From an uncultured Kiritimatiellota bacterium (GTDB lineage Bacteria > Verrucomicrobiota > Kiritimatiellia > RFP12 > DVOR01), in the NCBI GenBank assembly GCA_944391065.1, contig CALXSH010000003.1, positions 7,871-71,870 on the forward strand: DNA of 64,000 nt, in the 5' to 3' direction. This document shows, in pieces, positions 25,363-34,183 of the stretch. Positions within the stretch are counted from its first letter, which is position 1, and every line of letters begins with the position of its first letter. Position numbers and translations under genes: made by a program. Below the pieces are notes generated by a model, which was not told where the DNA came from, ran no database searches, and was given only the letters and a program-made list of their open reading frames with translations.

Positions 25363-26870
25363 AGCCCTGTCCGCTGCCCGTCGCGCGGGACCGCGAACGT
25401 CTGGCGCGGCAGATTGCCGGGGCGCTGCCCGGGCTGCGGGCCCAAACGTCGCCTCCGTGCCGCCACCCGGAGGTGACGCTGCTGATGTATTGGTTTCCTC
25501 CGGACGGAAGTTTCGACCCGTGCGAGCATGCCATCCGCCGCACGTGGGCCGTTTTGGGCCGTCTGCCGACGGTCTTGGTCATGGACCGGCCGGGCGAAGC
25601 TGCCAAGCGCTTCGCCCGGGAGACGGGATGCGTGATTCAGACCGAACCGTCTCTTCGGCCCGGAGACATCCGTACGATGAGCGCGGACTGCTGCCTGCGG
25701 CTGGCAGACCGCTTCGCCACGCGCCATGTGCTGATCGTACAGGATGACGGATGGCCGCTTTTGGACAAGCTGGACGATTTTCTGGGATACGATTATGTCG
25801 GCGCCCCGAATGTCCGACCCGGACTGCGGGCGGCACTTGCCGACCGCCTGGGGCTTACGGTGCTCAACGGCGGCTTCTCCCTCCGCTCGCATGCGCTCTG
25901 CCGGGCCGTGGCGGCATTGTGCCGCCGCCGTCCGCCGCGGCCCGAAATCCCGGAGGACCGTATCTACTGCAGACGGGCTTGGCGGCGGCGGTTCCGTTTT
26001 CCCCCGGCAGCGGCGGCACGCCGCTTTTCGGAGGATATCCTTGACGGGGGGCTGCTGCCGCCGCCCGACAGCCGGCCGATGGGGTTTCACCGGGCCTCGA
26101 CCCTGCTGAGCGGCGCACCGCCGAAACTGACGGTCGTGACGGCCGTACGGGACCGGGCGTGCTATGAACGCTGCGTCCGCTCCAATCCCCATCTGGCCGG
26201 GGCCCGTTTTGTGGCCTACGACAATGCGGCCGACAACCGGCCTGTTCCGGAACGTTACAATCAGTTTCTCGAGGCCCTGCCGCCCGACACGGAATGGATT
26301 CTCTTCGCCCATGAGGATTTTGAGGTGCTGGAGGATCCGCGCCCGCTGCTGCGCTGGAGGGCGCCGTGGTTTCCGTACGGCCTGATCGGTACGCGCCGTG
26401 TGGCGGGATGCTTCATCCTGCCTTTCGGGGCGCTGAGCGATTCGGACCGCGACGGCGGCCGCCGCACGCTCCACCGGCCGCTGCCCTGGCTGCCGGCGCT
26501 GACGGGGGGCAGTATGGTCGATGCATTCGACTGCTGCGGCTTCTTTGTCCATGCCGAGCTGTTCAGACAGTGGCCGCTGCGCTTTGACATACGCTTCCCT
26601 TGGGATCTGTACGCGGAGGATTTCTGCTTCGCCTATCAGCGGCAGACGGGGCACTGCGCGCGGCTGCTGCCGCTGAGGGCGCACCACTGGTCGCGCGGCG
26701 ATACGGGTACGGAGCATTTCCGCTGCGCACTGGCGGCGCTCAATGCCAAATATGCGGAGGCTTTCTTTGCCGGCGGCACCTGTACGGCCTATGTCGGCGG
26801 GCGTCCGCCCCTGCGCTTCCGTCTCTGGAGGCGTCTGGTCCGTTTGCTGATGCCGATGCGGCGCTCCTGA
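25359..26870 (+). CDS. Hypothetical protein, 503 aa, translationally coupled to prmC (possible two-domain glycosyltransferase-like protein)
   Basis: ATGA overlap with the prmC stop (25359-25362). Acidic motifs LIVQDDGWPL and FAHEDFEVLEDP, Trp/Cys-rich C-terminus. No confident family assignment. Confidence 0.5.
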   Translation: MKPCPLPVARDRERLARQIAGALPGLRAQTSPPCRHPEVTLLMYWFPPDGSFDPCEHAIRRTWAVLGRLPTVLVMDRPGEAAKRFARETGCVIQTEPSLRPGDIRTMSADCCLRLADRFATRHVLIVQDDGWPLLDKLDDFLGYDYVGAPNVRPGLRAALADRLGLTVLNGGFSLRSHALCRAVAALCRRRPPRPEIPEDRIYCRRAWRRRFRFPPAAAARRFSEDILDGGLLPPPDSRPMGFHRASTLLSGAPPKLTVVTAVRDRACYERCVRSNPHLAGARFVAYDNAADNRPVPERYNQFLEALPPDTEWILFAHEDFEVLEDPRPLLRWRAPWFPYGLIGTRRVAGCFILPFGALSDSDRDGGRRTLHRPLPWLPALTGGSMVDAFDCCGFFVHAELFRQWPLRFDIRFPWDLYAEDFCFAYQRQTGHCARLLPLRAHHWSRGDTGTEHFRCALAALNAKYAEAFFAGGTCTAYVGGRPPLRFRLWRRLVRLLMPMRRS

Positions 26871-26897
26871 CGCCCGCACCGGCGGCGTCCCGGCACG

Positions 26898-26933
26898 AAA
26901 AAAGGCCCCACGGGATTCCGTGGGGCCTTTTTC
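26898..26933. terminator. Bidirectional rho-independent terminator between convergent genes
   Basis: AAAAAAGGCCCCACGG-gattc-CCGTGGGGCCTTTTT: a perfect 10-bp GC stem flanked by an A-run and a T-run. Lies between the + gene ending at 26870 and the - gene ending at 26951. Confidence 0.8.
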
Positions 26934-26950
26934 GTGCGCCGTTCCGGGCC

Positions 26951-29900
26951 TCAGAGCGTCTGAAGCGTGTCCTCGGCGACACGGATGTCGTAGGCATCGA
27001 GCGGCTTAAGCTCGTCGGAGGCGGCTTCGAGGGGGCGGCGGAAATTTTCCAGTGCGTCGGCCGCGGCACCGCGGTCTCCCTTGGCGACGGCAATCCAGAA
27101 GTCGACCATGAAGAGGTGCGAATCGTCCCCTCCGGGGAGCCCTCTGGACTTGGAGAGCGCGTTTTTGGCGCCTTCGAGATCGCCGCAGCGGGCCTGGGCG
27201 AGGGCGAGCGTGCCCCAGGTGGCGTAGCTGCGCGGAGCCAGACGGACGGCGCGAAGCGCGACGTCCTTGGCCAGAGCGGTGTCGTCGGTGCGGGAGAGGG
27301 CGTCGGCATAATTGTTGATCAGGTCGACGGTCGGATTCTCGTTGCCCTCGACGGCGGCCTTCAGATATTTGATGGCGGCCTCGATGTGGGCATCCTCGAG
27401 ACGTTGGGAGCCGACGATGAAGTTGGCGTAGCCGTGGGTCGGTTCGTCGCGGAGAATGGCCAGGGCGTCAACTTCCGCGGCGGTCTTGTCCTCCAGACGG
27501 CGGTCGATATTGAGAATAATCTCCAGGATGCCGCGGACGTTGGGACGGATGGCGTAGGCACGGCGGTAGTGCTTGCGGGCATCGTCCCAGAGCTTGCTGC
27601 CCTCGGTGAGCTTGTTTTCGGAGAGGGACTGCTTGCCGTCGCGTTCGGCCTTGACGGCCTCTTCGTCCGTCAGCCGGGCACGCTCCTGGGTAATGCGGCC
27701 CTGAAGGACGTGGTAGAAGTAGATGTCGCGGTCACGGGCCTTGCGGCGGATGTTCTCCAGGATGAAGCCGCCCGCGTCGGCAAGGTTGCCCTGTTCGACA
27801 CGGAGCATGCCGAGCATGGCCCAGCCGACCACGGAGTCGGGATTCTTGGTGGTATAGGAGGAGATGGCCTTGTTGGCGCCCTCAAGGTCGCCGCGGGCCA
27901 TCAGATAGGCCGCCTGGTCCAGCTCCATGGACTCGGCGTCTGCGCCGGCGGCCTCGGCCTTGGATATCCACTGGCCGGCTTCGCCGACGTCACCGGACTG
28001 GATGGCCAGGCGGGCGAGGCCGCGCATGGCGTCGACGTTGGAGGGATCGGCCTGGACGGCGGCGAGATAGCTCTCGGCGGAGCGGCGGGTCTGGCCCTGG
28101 AGTTCGTAGACGGCTGCGGTCACGGCCTGAACGGCGGAGCTGCGGGGGTCGTTGGGGTCAAGACCGGTCTGGGCGTTGCGCAGGCCGGCGAGAATGGTCT
28201 CGGGGGCTGCGTTGACGGCCCATTCCCAGCCCATCTGGACGAAGAGATCGTAGTTGCGGATAAATCCGTAATATTGGCCGACGCCGTTGAGATCGTATTT
28301 GACGGGATTTTTGGTGCGCTCGGAGATGAAGTCCTCAAAGGCCTTCATAATCTCGATCTTGCGCTCGGGAATCTGGCCGCGGCGGACGCAGATGTCGTAG
28401 AGGTTGAGGAGGGCGGAGATGTTTTCCTTCTCGATCTGGGAGGCCTCGAGGTAGCATTCGGCGGCCTCTTTGAGGCGGCCGCGGTCATCGAGCCAGGCGC
28501 CGAGATTGTTGGTCATGTAGGCCAGATGGTGGCGGATGTTGCGGGCCGTCTGGGCGGAGATATCCCACCAGACCGTGACGTCTGGCGTCTCCTCGGCGAG
28601 AGAGGCCCAGGCTTCGCGGAAAGCTTTCATCGGGGCCATGATGTCGTAGTCGATCTCGCCGGATTCCGGCGCGCCGACATAGAGCGGGCCGACGGCGGCG
28701 GGCTGGAGGCGGGCCGCGTGCCAGAGCTGGGGCTGGTCAAAGACGGCGGCGATGGTGCCGACATTGGCCTGGGAGGCGAAGAAGTCCTGGACGAAGACGG
28801 GGAAGCTGTAGTCGAGGAGATGGTTCAGACGGAGGCGGTCGGCCGATTCGAGCAGCGGATCTTCGCGCAGCCGGACGTGAAGGTCGGCGATGTAGGCTTT
28901 GTCATAGGCCTTGTTCATCGAGATCAGCGTCAGCGGCGTGCCGGAACGGTAGGCTGCGAGCAGCAGCTGGTCGTCTACCCAGTAGGACCCGAGGACAAAC
29001 GGACGGTTGGCCGCGGGGCCGTCGGCGTCAGGGGCGACGCGGTCGACGATGTACTGCGCGAAGCGGTCCGGCAGGGCACGGTCGACGGAGGCGAAGAGGC
29101 GGATGTGGCGGACCTCGGCGGCAATGACGGCGAGGACGCAGAGCGGGAAGAGGAAGAATGCCGCGACGCGCAGGGCCTTGACGCGGGCCGGCATGCGGTG
29201 GCGGTCACGTTCCTCGTCAAGATTCGGATTGCGGGCGAAGAGCTGGGTGCCCCAGCCGACGGTCAGCATGGCAAAGGCAATAACCGTAACCCAAAGCGTG
29301 GCCACGGGCATCCGGCCGATGTGCAGCCAGGTGCGCATCGGGGAGAGGCGGACCATCCAGACGAGGCCAACCCCGACGGCGGTCATGGCCAGAGCCGTAA
29401 CCAAGAGGCCCCACTTGCGGTCGTTGTTGATCAGGCGGCGGGCCGTGATCCAGGCCATCAGAGCCCAGCCGATGCTGAGGCCGATGTCAAGAATCCATCG
29501 CGGGGAGAGCAGTCCGGCGAGAACGCCCAGATGATTGCGCAGGACGGCTGCCTCAGTCTCCCAGATGCCGGCGGGCGAGAAGGCCGAGCCGAAGCGGGCG
29601 GCATTGACCGAGAGCATGACCGCCGCACCGACAACCACGGAAACGAACCAGAGGGGAAGGTTGCGGACATTGTGATCCCAGAGCCGCCACTCCATGGCGA
29701 CCGCCCGCAGGAAGAAGAGCGGCAGGAAGGCCAGGGCCCAGGGCGATTCGATGATGGCGACGCCCAGCACGAGGCCAAAGAGAATCATGCCGCGGCGGTG
29801 GCCGCCGCCCTGTGCGTAGAAGTTCTGCAGGACGGCGCAGAGCGGAAGCCAGAGGAAGGCCCAGACGACGGTTGTGAAGCCGGCCGTCATGTAGAGCCCC

Positions 29901-30343
29901 GGCAGCAGACCGATCAGCAGCAGACAGGCGAGATTGGAGGCCAGGGCCGCGGTGAACGTACGCTTGGCCACCACGGAATCGTCATCGGCCGCCTCGGAGG
30001 TCCAGAAGTGGACCATCGCGTAGGTAATCATGGCCAGCACGCCCATCAGGGCGGCGCCCAAGAGGTTCAGCGCACGGATCGAGGGCGACGCGCCGAGCAG
30101 GAGACTCTTTATTCCCCACAGAATCGGGTAGGCCTCGGTTTCGCCCGGGATGGCGCCGGAGAAGACGCCGACGCTGCGGGCATTTTCGCCGGGCATGGCG
30201 TAGTCGCCGGTCAGGAAGGCGCCCAGCGCAAAGGCCACGACACCCCACAGCAGGGCATTGAGCGAGAGGATGACCCGCGTTTTGACGGAGAGACGGTCCG
30301 CAAAGGGGCGTGAACAGAAGAAGTCCAGCAGGGTTCTGAGCAT
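26951..30343 (-). CDS. DUF2723/TMEM260-like polytopic membrane protein (putative GT-C-fold glycosyltransferase) with long C-terminal TPR-repeat domain
   Basis: Start MLRTLLDFF at 30343 with AAGGA RBS (alternative start at 30406). About 11 TM in the N-terminal 430 aa, with PGEN and PGETEAYPILW loop motifs. At least 6 TPR-like repeats in the C-terminal 600 aa (for example AYLMARGDLEGANKAISSY, GWAMLGMLRVEQGNLADA). Confidence 0.65.
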   Translation of the reverse strand: MLRTLLDFFCSRPFADRLSVKTRVILSLNALLWGVVAFALGAFLTGDYAMPGENARSVGVFSGAIPGETEAYPILWGIKSLLLGASPSIRALNLLGAALMGVLAMITYAMVHFWTSEAADDDSVVAKRTFTAALASNLACLLLIGLLPGLYMTAGFTTVVWAFLWLPLCAVLQNFYAQGGGHRRGMILFGLVLGVAIIESPWALAFLPLFFLRAVAMEWRLWDHNVRNLPLWFVSVVVGAAVMLSVNAARFGSAFSPAGIWETEAAVLRNHLGVLAGLLSPRWILDIGLSIGWALMAWITARRLINNDRKWGLLVTALAMTAVGVGLVWMVRLSPMRTWLHIGRMPVATLWVTVIAFAMLTVGWGTQLFARNPNLDEERDRHRMPARVKALRVAAFFLFPLCVLAVIAAEVRHIRLFASVDRALPDRFAQYIVDRVAPDADGPAANRPFVLGSYWVDDQLLLAAYRSGTPLTLISMNKAYDKAYIADLHVRLREDPLLESADRLRLNHLLDYSFPVFVQDFFASQANVGTIAAVFDQPQLWHAARLQPAAVGPLYVGAPESGEIDYDIMAPMKAFREAWASLAEETPDVTVWWDISAQTARNIRHHLAYMTNNLGAWLDDRGRLKEAAECYLEASQIEKENISALLNLYDICVRRGQIPERKIEIMKAFEDFISERTKNPVKYDLNGVGQYYGFIRNYDLFVQMGWEWAVNAAPETILAGLRNAQTGLDPNDPRSSAVQAVTAAVYELQGQTRRSAESYLAAVQADPSNVDAMRGLARLAIQSGDVGEAGQWISKAEAAGADAESMELDQAAYLMARGDLEGANKAISSYTTKNPDSVVGWAMLGMLRVEQGNLADAGGFILENIRRKARDRDIYFYHVLQGRITQERARLTDEEAVKAERDGKQSLSENKLTEGSKLWDDARKHYRRAYAIRPNVRGILEIILNIDRRLEDKTAAEVDALAILRDEPTHGYANFIVGSQRLEDAHIEAAIKYLKAAVEGNENPTVDLINNYADALSRTDDTALAKDVALRAVRLAPRSYATWGTLALAQARCGDLEGAKNALSKSRGLPGGDDSHLFMVDFWIAVAKGDRGAAADALENFRRPLEAASDELKPLDAYDIRVAEDTLQTL

Positions 30344-30464
30344 AATCTTAATCCTTGGGGCTTGGGCGCTCGGCGCGCCGGATGCGGACAGTCTAGCAAA
30401 AAACATCCGGCGGAACCGTGCCGCCCCGCATCGGGCGGCGGTCCGCCGGCCGGCCGGAGGCCGT

Positions 30465-31523
30465 TTATTCGGCGGTCGGCCCGTCGGTGTCGGCGTCGTC
30501 GTCGTCCGAAGCGCAGGCCGTTACCGAGCAGAAAGGCTCAAGCGAGGCAAAGAGGTTTTCGCAAATATCGGGCGTTACCGTAAGGCTGAGCGAGGCGACC
30601 TCTTCCTTGGAATCCACGCGGATGGACTGCAGAAGGTCCATCAGGGCGCTTTCGGGGGGGAGGTGCTGCGAGAGACTCATCAGGGCCATCATCTTGAATC
30701 CGATGAGACGGTCGCGCAGGGCCGTGGCGGTGGCCGAGTCGGCAACTTTGACCGTCAGGTCCATAGGGCAGACCGCGTCGCGGTTGACGGTGCCGGAGAA
30801 GGTCACAACGGAGAGAGCCGGCAGCTCGGGTACGACGCCGGTGACGGCGGCCATGTCCTCCGGCTTCACAAAGCGCTTCACGAGCCCGCCGACATCGGCG
30901 AGCACGGAGCGCGTCGTGCTGACCGCATCGCCGCCCTTCGGGAGAACGAAGGCGGTCGTCAGGGGGCTGTCTTTCGCCAGGGCCGAGCCGGTCCCGGCAT
31001 AGAGCGCGTCGGCTGCGGCCGTGGCATCGGGGGTGGCGAGCATAATGAGCGTCCCCTCGGAGCGGTAGGCCAGCGTCGGTTTTTCTTCTCCGGGACTGGC
31101 AATCAGGGTCCAGCCGTCACGTTCGGTGAGGCTGATTTTCTCATCCGAGGCAGCGTTGGCCTTTTTGAGGGCAGCCGTGATTTTGTCGGCGGTCATGTCG
31201 CGGGTTTCGGCGAAAGCAATCAGGCGCGGCATGGCATCGGCCGGGAACGTGACGGAGAGGACCTGGGAGCGGTACTGGTCGGGATCGCGGAAGCCGAGCT
31301 CCTCAATCAGTACGTCGAGCGTCTCGGCGTCTTGGGCGTCCATGCCCAAAAATTTCCGTTGGATGGTCGTGTAGCGGTCCGTGACAGCCTTGACGGTCTC
31401 GGCGTCAGCGAGAGTCTGGCTGACGACGACGAGGTCGGCGTCGGCCGGAACCCATGCCGGGGTCGGGGCTGCGGTGAGGGTAAGGGCGGCGGCAAGGCCG
31501 CAGAAGAACAGAGTTTGTTTCAT
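30465..31523 (-). CDS. Hypothetical secreted protein (signal peptide; acidic DDDDADTD C-terminus)
   Basis: 352 aa. N-terminal MKQTLFFCGLAAALTLTAAPTPA signal peptide. No recognisable catalytic motif. Confidence 0.5.
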   Translation of the reverse strand: MKQTLFFCGLAAALTLTAAPTPAWVPADADLVVVSQTLADAETVKAVTDRYTTIQRKFLGMDAQDAETLDVLIEELGFRDPDQYRSQVLSVTFPADAMPRLIAFAETRDMTADKITAALKKANAASDEKISLTERDGWTLIASPGEEKPTLAYRSEGTLIMLATPDATAAADALYAGTGSALAKDSPLTTAFVLPKGGDAVSTTRSVLADVGGLVKRFVKPEDMAAVTGVVPELPALSVVTFSGTVNRDAVCPMDLTVKVADSATATALRDRLIGFKMMALMSLSQHLPPESALMDLLQSIRVDSKEEVASLSLTVTPDICENLFASLEPFCSVTACASDDDDADTDGPTAE

Positions 31524-31566
31524 GGGAGTTTCCTTTCGGTGTTTGCTAAATCGCTGTAGGAGTACT

Positions 31567-32634
31567 TCAGCGCCGGGGCGGGCGCCTGGCCACGGCTCTG
31601 AGCAGGGCCGATTCGATGATGTCCCAGGCGTCCTGCGCCGAAGCGTCGACCATGCGAAAACGCATTCCGGCGACGTAGTGACGGGCCGCGCGGAGTTCGT
31701 TGAGGGTGTAGCGCGAGGCGGCCTGGACGGCGCGCCTGAGGGCCCGGCCGTTCATGCGGGCGAGGCGCTCGGGGAGGGTCTCGGCGGGGACGTTCCAGGA
31801 GGTCCCGGAGAGGAGGCCGCGCTGGAGGGCGTCGCGGAGGGCGCAGAGGTCGTTGAAGGTGTTGAGAGCGCAGGCGGCAGCCAGGAAGGCCGCGTTCCTG
31901 TCGGTCCGCAGGCGGGCGACGAGACGCGAGACCGCGGCGCTGTCACGGTTCATCAGGGCGTCGACGAGGTCGAAGGGGTCGGCCGAGGCGTAAAACCCCG
32001 TGACGGCCAGGACGTCGGCCTCGGTGGCGGGGCGCTCCTCACCGATGTAGGTGCGGAGCTTCTCGAGTTCGGAGAGGATGGTGCGCGAATCGTTGCCGAC
32101 CCGCCCGGCGAAAAGCGTCTTGACGGGCGGAGGCATGGAGAGGCCGACGCGGGGCAACAGGGCCTCGAGCCGTTCGAGGGCGGCCTCGGCCATCTGGTAG
32201 GAGCGGACCTCTTTGCCGCAGTCTACGATCTGCCCGGCCGCGGCGAGCCACTTGGCGAAACGGGTATTGCGCGGGAGGGATTCGGCGGTGATGACGAGGG
32301 TGTGGCCGTCGGGCAGGGGCACGCGCTGGAGCATCTCGCAGAAGGCCGCGACGGCCTCCTTGGCGGCCTGCGATTCGGCGGCGCGTCCCGTGGAGCCGGG
32401 GAGGAAATTGGCGTCGCGCAGCCAGACGACCTTGTTGCCGCCGAAAAGCCCGTCGGTGAAGAGGCCCTCGCGGAGGGCATCAACCGCGGCGAGCACATCG
32501 TCGGCTTTGGAACAGACGCCGTTGACGGTTTCCAGACCGAAGTCCCGCGATTCGGGCGGGACTTCCTTGGCGATGACCTCACGGGCCCCTTCGGTCCGGA
32601 GGAATTCGTCGTGTCCGACAAAGGCGCGAATCAT
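31567..32634 (-). CDS. holA: DNA polymerase III delta subunit (HolA)-like protein
   Basis: 355 aa. N-terminus IRAFVGHDEFLRTEGA. Clamp-loader delta-like AAA+-lid and C-terminal helical domains. Assignment from overall pattern, moderate. Confidence 0.55.
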   Translation of the reverse strand: MIRAFVGHDEFLRTEGAREVIAKEVPPESRDFGLETVNGVCSKADDVLAAVDALREGLFTDGLFGGNKVVWLRDANFLPGSTGRAAESQAAKEAVAAFCEMLQRVPLPDGHTLVITAESLPRNTRFAKWLAAAGQIVDCGKEVRSYQMAEAALERLEALLPRVGLSMPPPVKTLFAGRVGNDSRTILSELEKLRTYIGEERPATEADVLAVTGFYASADPFDLVDALMNRDSAAVSRLVARLRTDRNAAFLAAACALNTFNDLCALRDALQRGLLSGTSWNVPAETLPERLARMNGRALRRAVQAASRYTLNELRAARHYVAGMRFRMVDASAQDAWDIIESALLRAVARRPPRR

Positions 32635-32641
32635 GCGGTCC

Positions 32642-33625
32642 TCAGAGAATCTTCATGCGCGGGAGGTCCTGAATGTCGACGGTGCCGACAAGGCGGCCGT
32701 CGTCATCCACGACCGGGAGGTCGTCGACCTTGTGGGTCTCGAAGACGTTGAGCACCTCGACGGCCAGAGCCCCGAGACGGATGCTGATCGGATTACGGAC
32801 CATGACGTCGGTGAGGAGACGGTCCATCGGCACGGAATCGGAGGTGGTGAGGATACGGCGGAGGTCGCCGTCAGTGAAGATGCCGAGGAGTTTGCCGTCG
32901 GGGGCGGTGACGCAGGCGCAGCCGGACTTGGCCGTCGTCATGGCGAGCACGGCGTCGCGGACGGTGGCCTGTTCGTTGAGGGCGACCAGGCGTTCGCCGG
33001 TGCGCATGATGTCCTTTACGCGGAAAAGCAACGCACGGCCGATGGCGCCGGCCGGGTGGAGGAGGGCGAAGTTTTCCTTCTTGAAGCCGCGGGCCTCAAG
33101 GAGCACCATGGCCAGGGCGTCGCCAAGGGCGAGGGTGGCGGTGGTGGAGGTCGTGGGGGCCATGTTGAAGGGGCAGGCCTCGCGGCCGCAGTCAATGAGG
33201 TAGACCCAGTCGCTGTCGCGGGCCAGGGAGGAGTCGGCCTTGCCCGTCATGCCGATGACCTTCACGCCGAGGCGGCGCAGGGAGGGAATCAGACGGATGA
33301 CCTCGTCGGACTCGCCGGAATAGCTGATGGCCAGGACGATGTCATTGGGCGTGACCATGCCGAGGTCGCCGTGCATGGCCTGGACGGGATTGAGCAGCAT
33401 CGAGGTCGACCCGGTGCTGGCCATCGTGGCGGAAATCTTCTCGCCGATGTGGATATTTTTGCCGATGCCGGTGACGACAATTTTGCCGCCCTTCTCCAGC
33501 GTGGACAGCATGGCGTCGACAATCTCGCAGAAGGTGGCGTCCAAGGCCTTGTCGGCGCGGGTGAGGCCGCTGATTTCGGTGGCAATCACTTCATGGGCGC
33601 GGTTCAGCATTTCTTCGTGGGTCAT
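32642..33625 (-). CDS. kdsD: Arabinose-5-phosphate isomerase KdsD/KpsF family (SIS domain plus tandem CBS domains)
   Basis: SIS motif GKIVVTGIGKNIHIGEKISATMASTGS. Second SIS region VLAISYSGESDEV. Two C-terminal CBS domains (VKDIMRTGERL..., LLTDVMVRNP...). Confidence 0.85.
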   Translation of the reverse strand: MTHEEMLNRAHEVIATEISGLTRADKALDATFCEIVDAMLSTLEKGGKIVVTGIGKNIHIGEKISATMASTGSTSMLLNPVQAMHGDLGMVTPNDIVLAISYSGESDEVIRLIPSLRRLGVKVIGMTGKADSSLARDSDWVYLIDCGREACPFNMAPTTSTTATLALGDALAMVLLEARGFKKENFALLHPAGAIGRALLFRVKDIMRTGERLVALNEQATVRDAVLAMTTAKSGCACVTAPDGKLLGIFTDGDLRRILTTSDSVPMDRLLTDVMVRNPISIRLGALAVEVLNVFETHKVDDLPVVDDDGRLVGTVDIQDLPRMKIL

Positions 33626-34152
33626 TTCACATCCTCGCTTTCGGATTCCGAAGGGACGGCCGGGCCGAGGAAGGCTTCGTTGAGACGCTCACGGAGCTCG
33701 GCACAGCAGGGGTCGGAAAGGATTTTCCCGGTCAGGGTTTCGAGACGGTCGAGCAGGTCCTCGTCAATCACGTGCTCAATGCGGCAGGCGATGCCGGAGG
33801 CACGCTCGGGGCCCAAGGCCAGCACGTCGCTCAGAAAGGCCGTCAGCAGACGGTGGCGGCGGATGACGCGGGCTGCCTCCCGAGCGCCGAGGGGCGTGAG
33901 CGTGACGGGACGGTTGGGTTCGTACTCGACATACCCGTTGTCGCAGAGCAGGGAGAGGGCGTTGGAGACAGAAGGCATCTTGATGCGGAGGCGGCCGGCA
34001 ATGTCACGCGTGTGGGCGTGATGGTGCGGGTCCTCATCGATGAGCGTCTGGATGGTCTCGAGATAGTCCTCCATGCTCTCGGTCAGGGCGAAGTGCTTGC
34101 GGACCACGCGGCCCGCACCTTTGCGCTTCCTCTTTTTGGGGTCGGTCGTCAT
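33622..34152 (-). CDS. DtxR/MntR-family metal-dependent transcriptional repressor
   Basis: N-terminal wHTH SMEDYLETIQTLIDEDPHHHAHTRDIAGRLRIKMPSVSNALSLLCDNGYVEYEPNRPVTLTPLG. Metal-binding/dimerisation domain with His/Glu/Cys ligands. ATGA overlap with kdsD. Confidence 0.75.
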   Translation of the reverse strand: MTTDPKKRKRKGAGRVVRKHFALTESMEDYLETIQTLIDEDPHHHAHTRDIAGRLRIKMPSVSNALSLLCDNGYVEYEPNRPVTLTPLGAREAARVIRRHRLLTAFLSDVLALGPERASGIACRIEHVIDEDLLDRLETLTGKILSDPCCAELRERLNEAFLGPAVPSESESEDVK

Positions 34153-34183
34153 AGCGTGCGATTATATCATAGTGAGACGGAAA

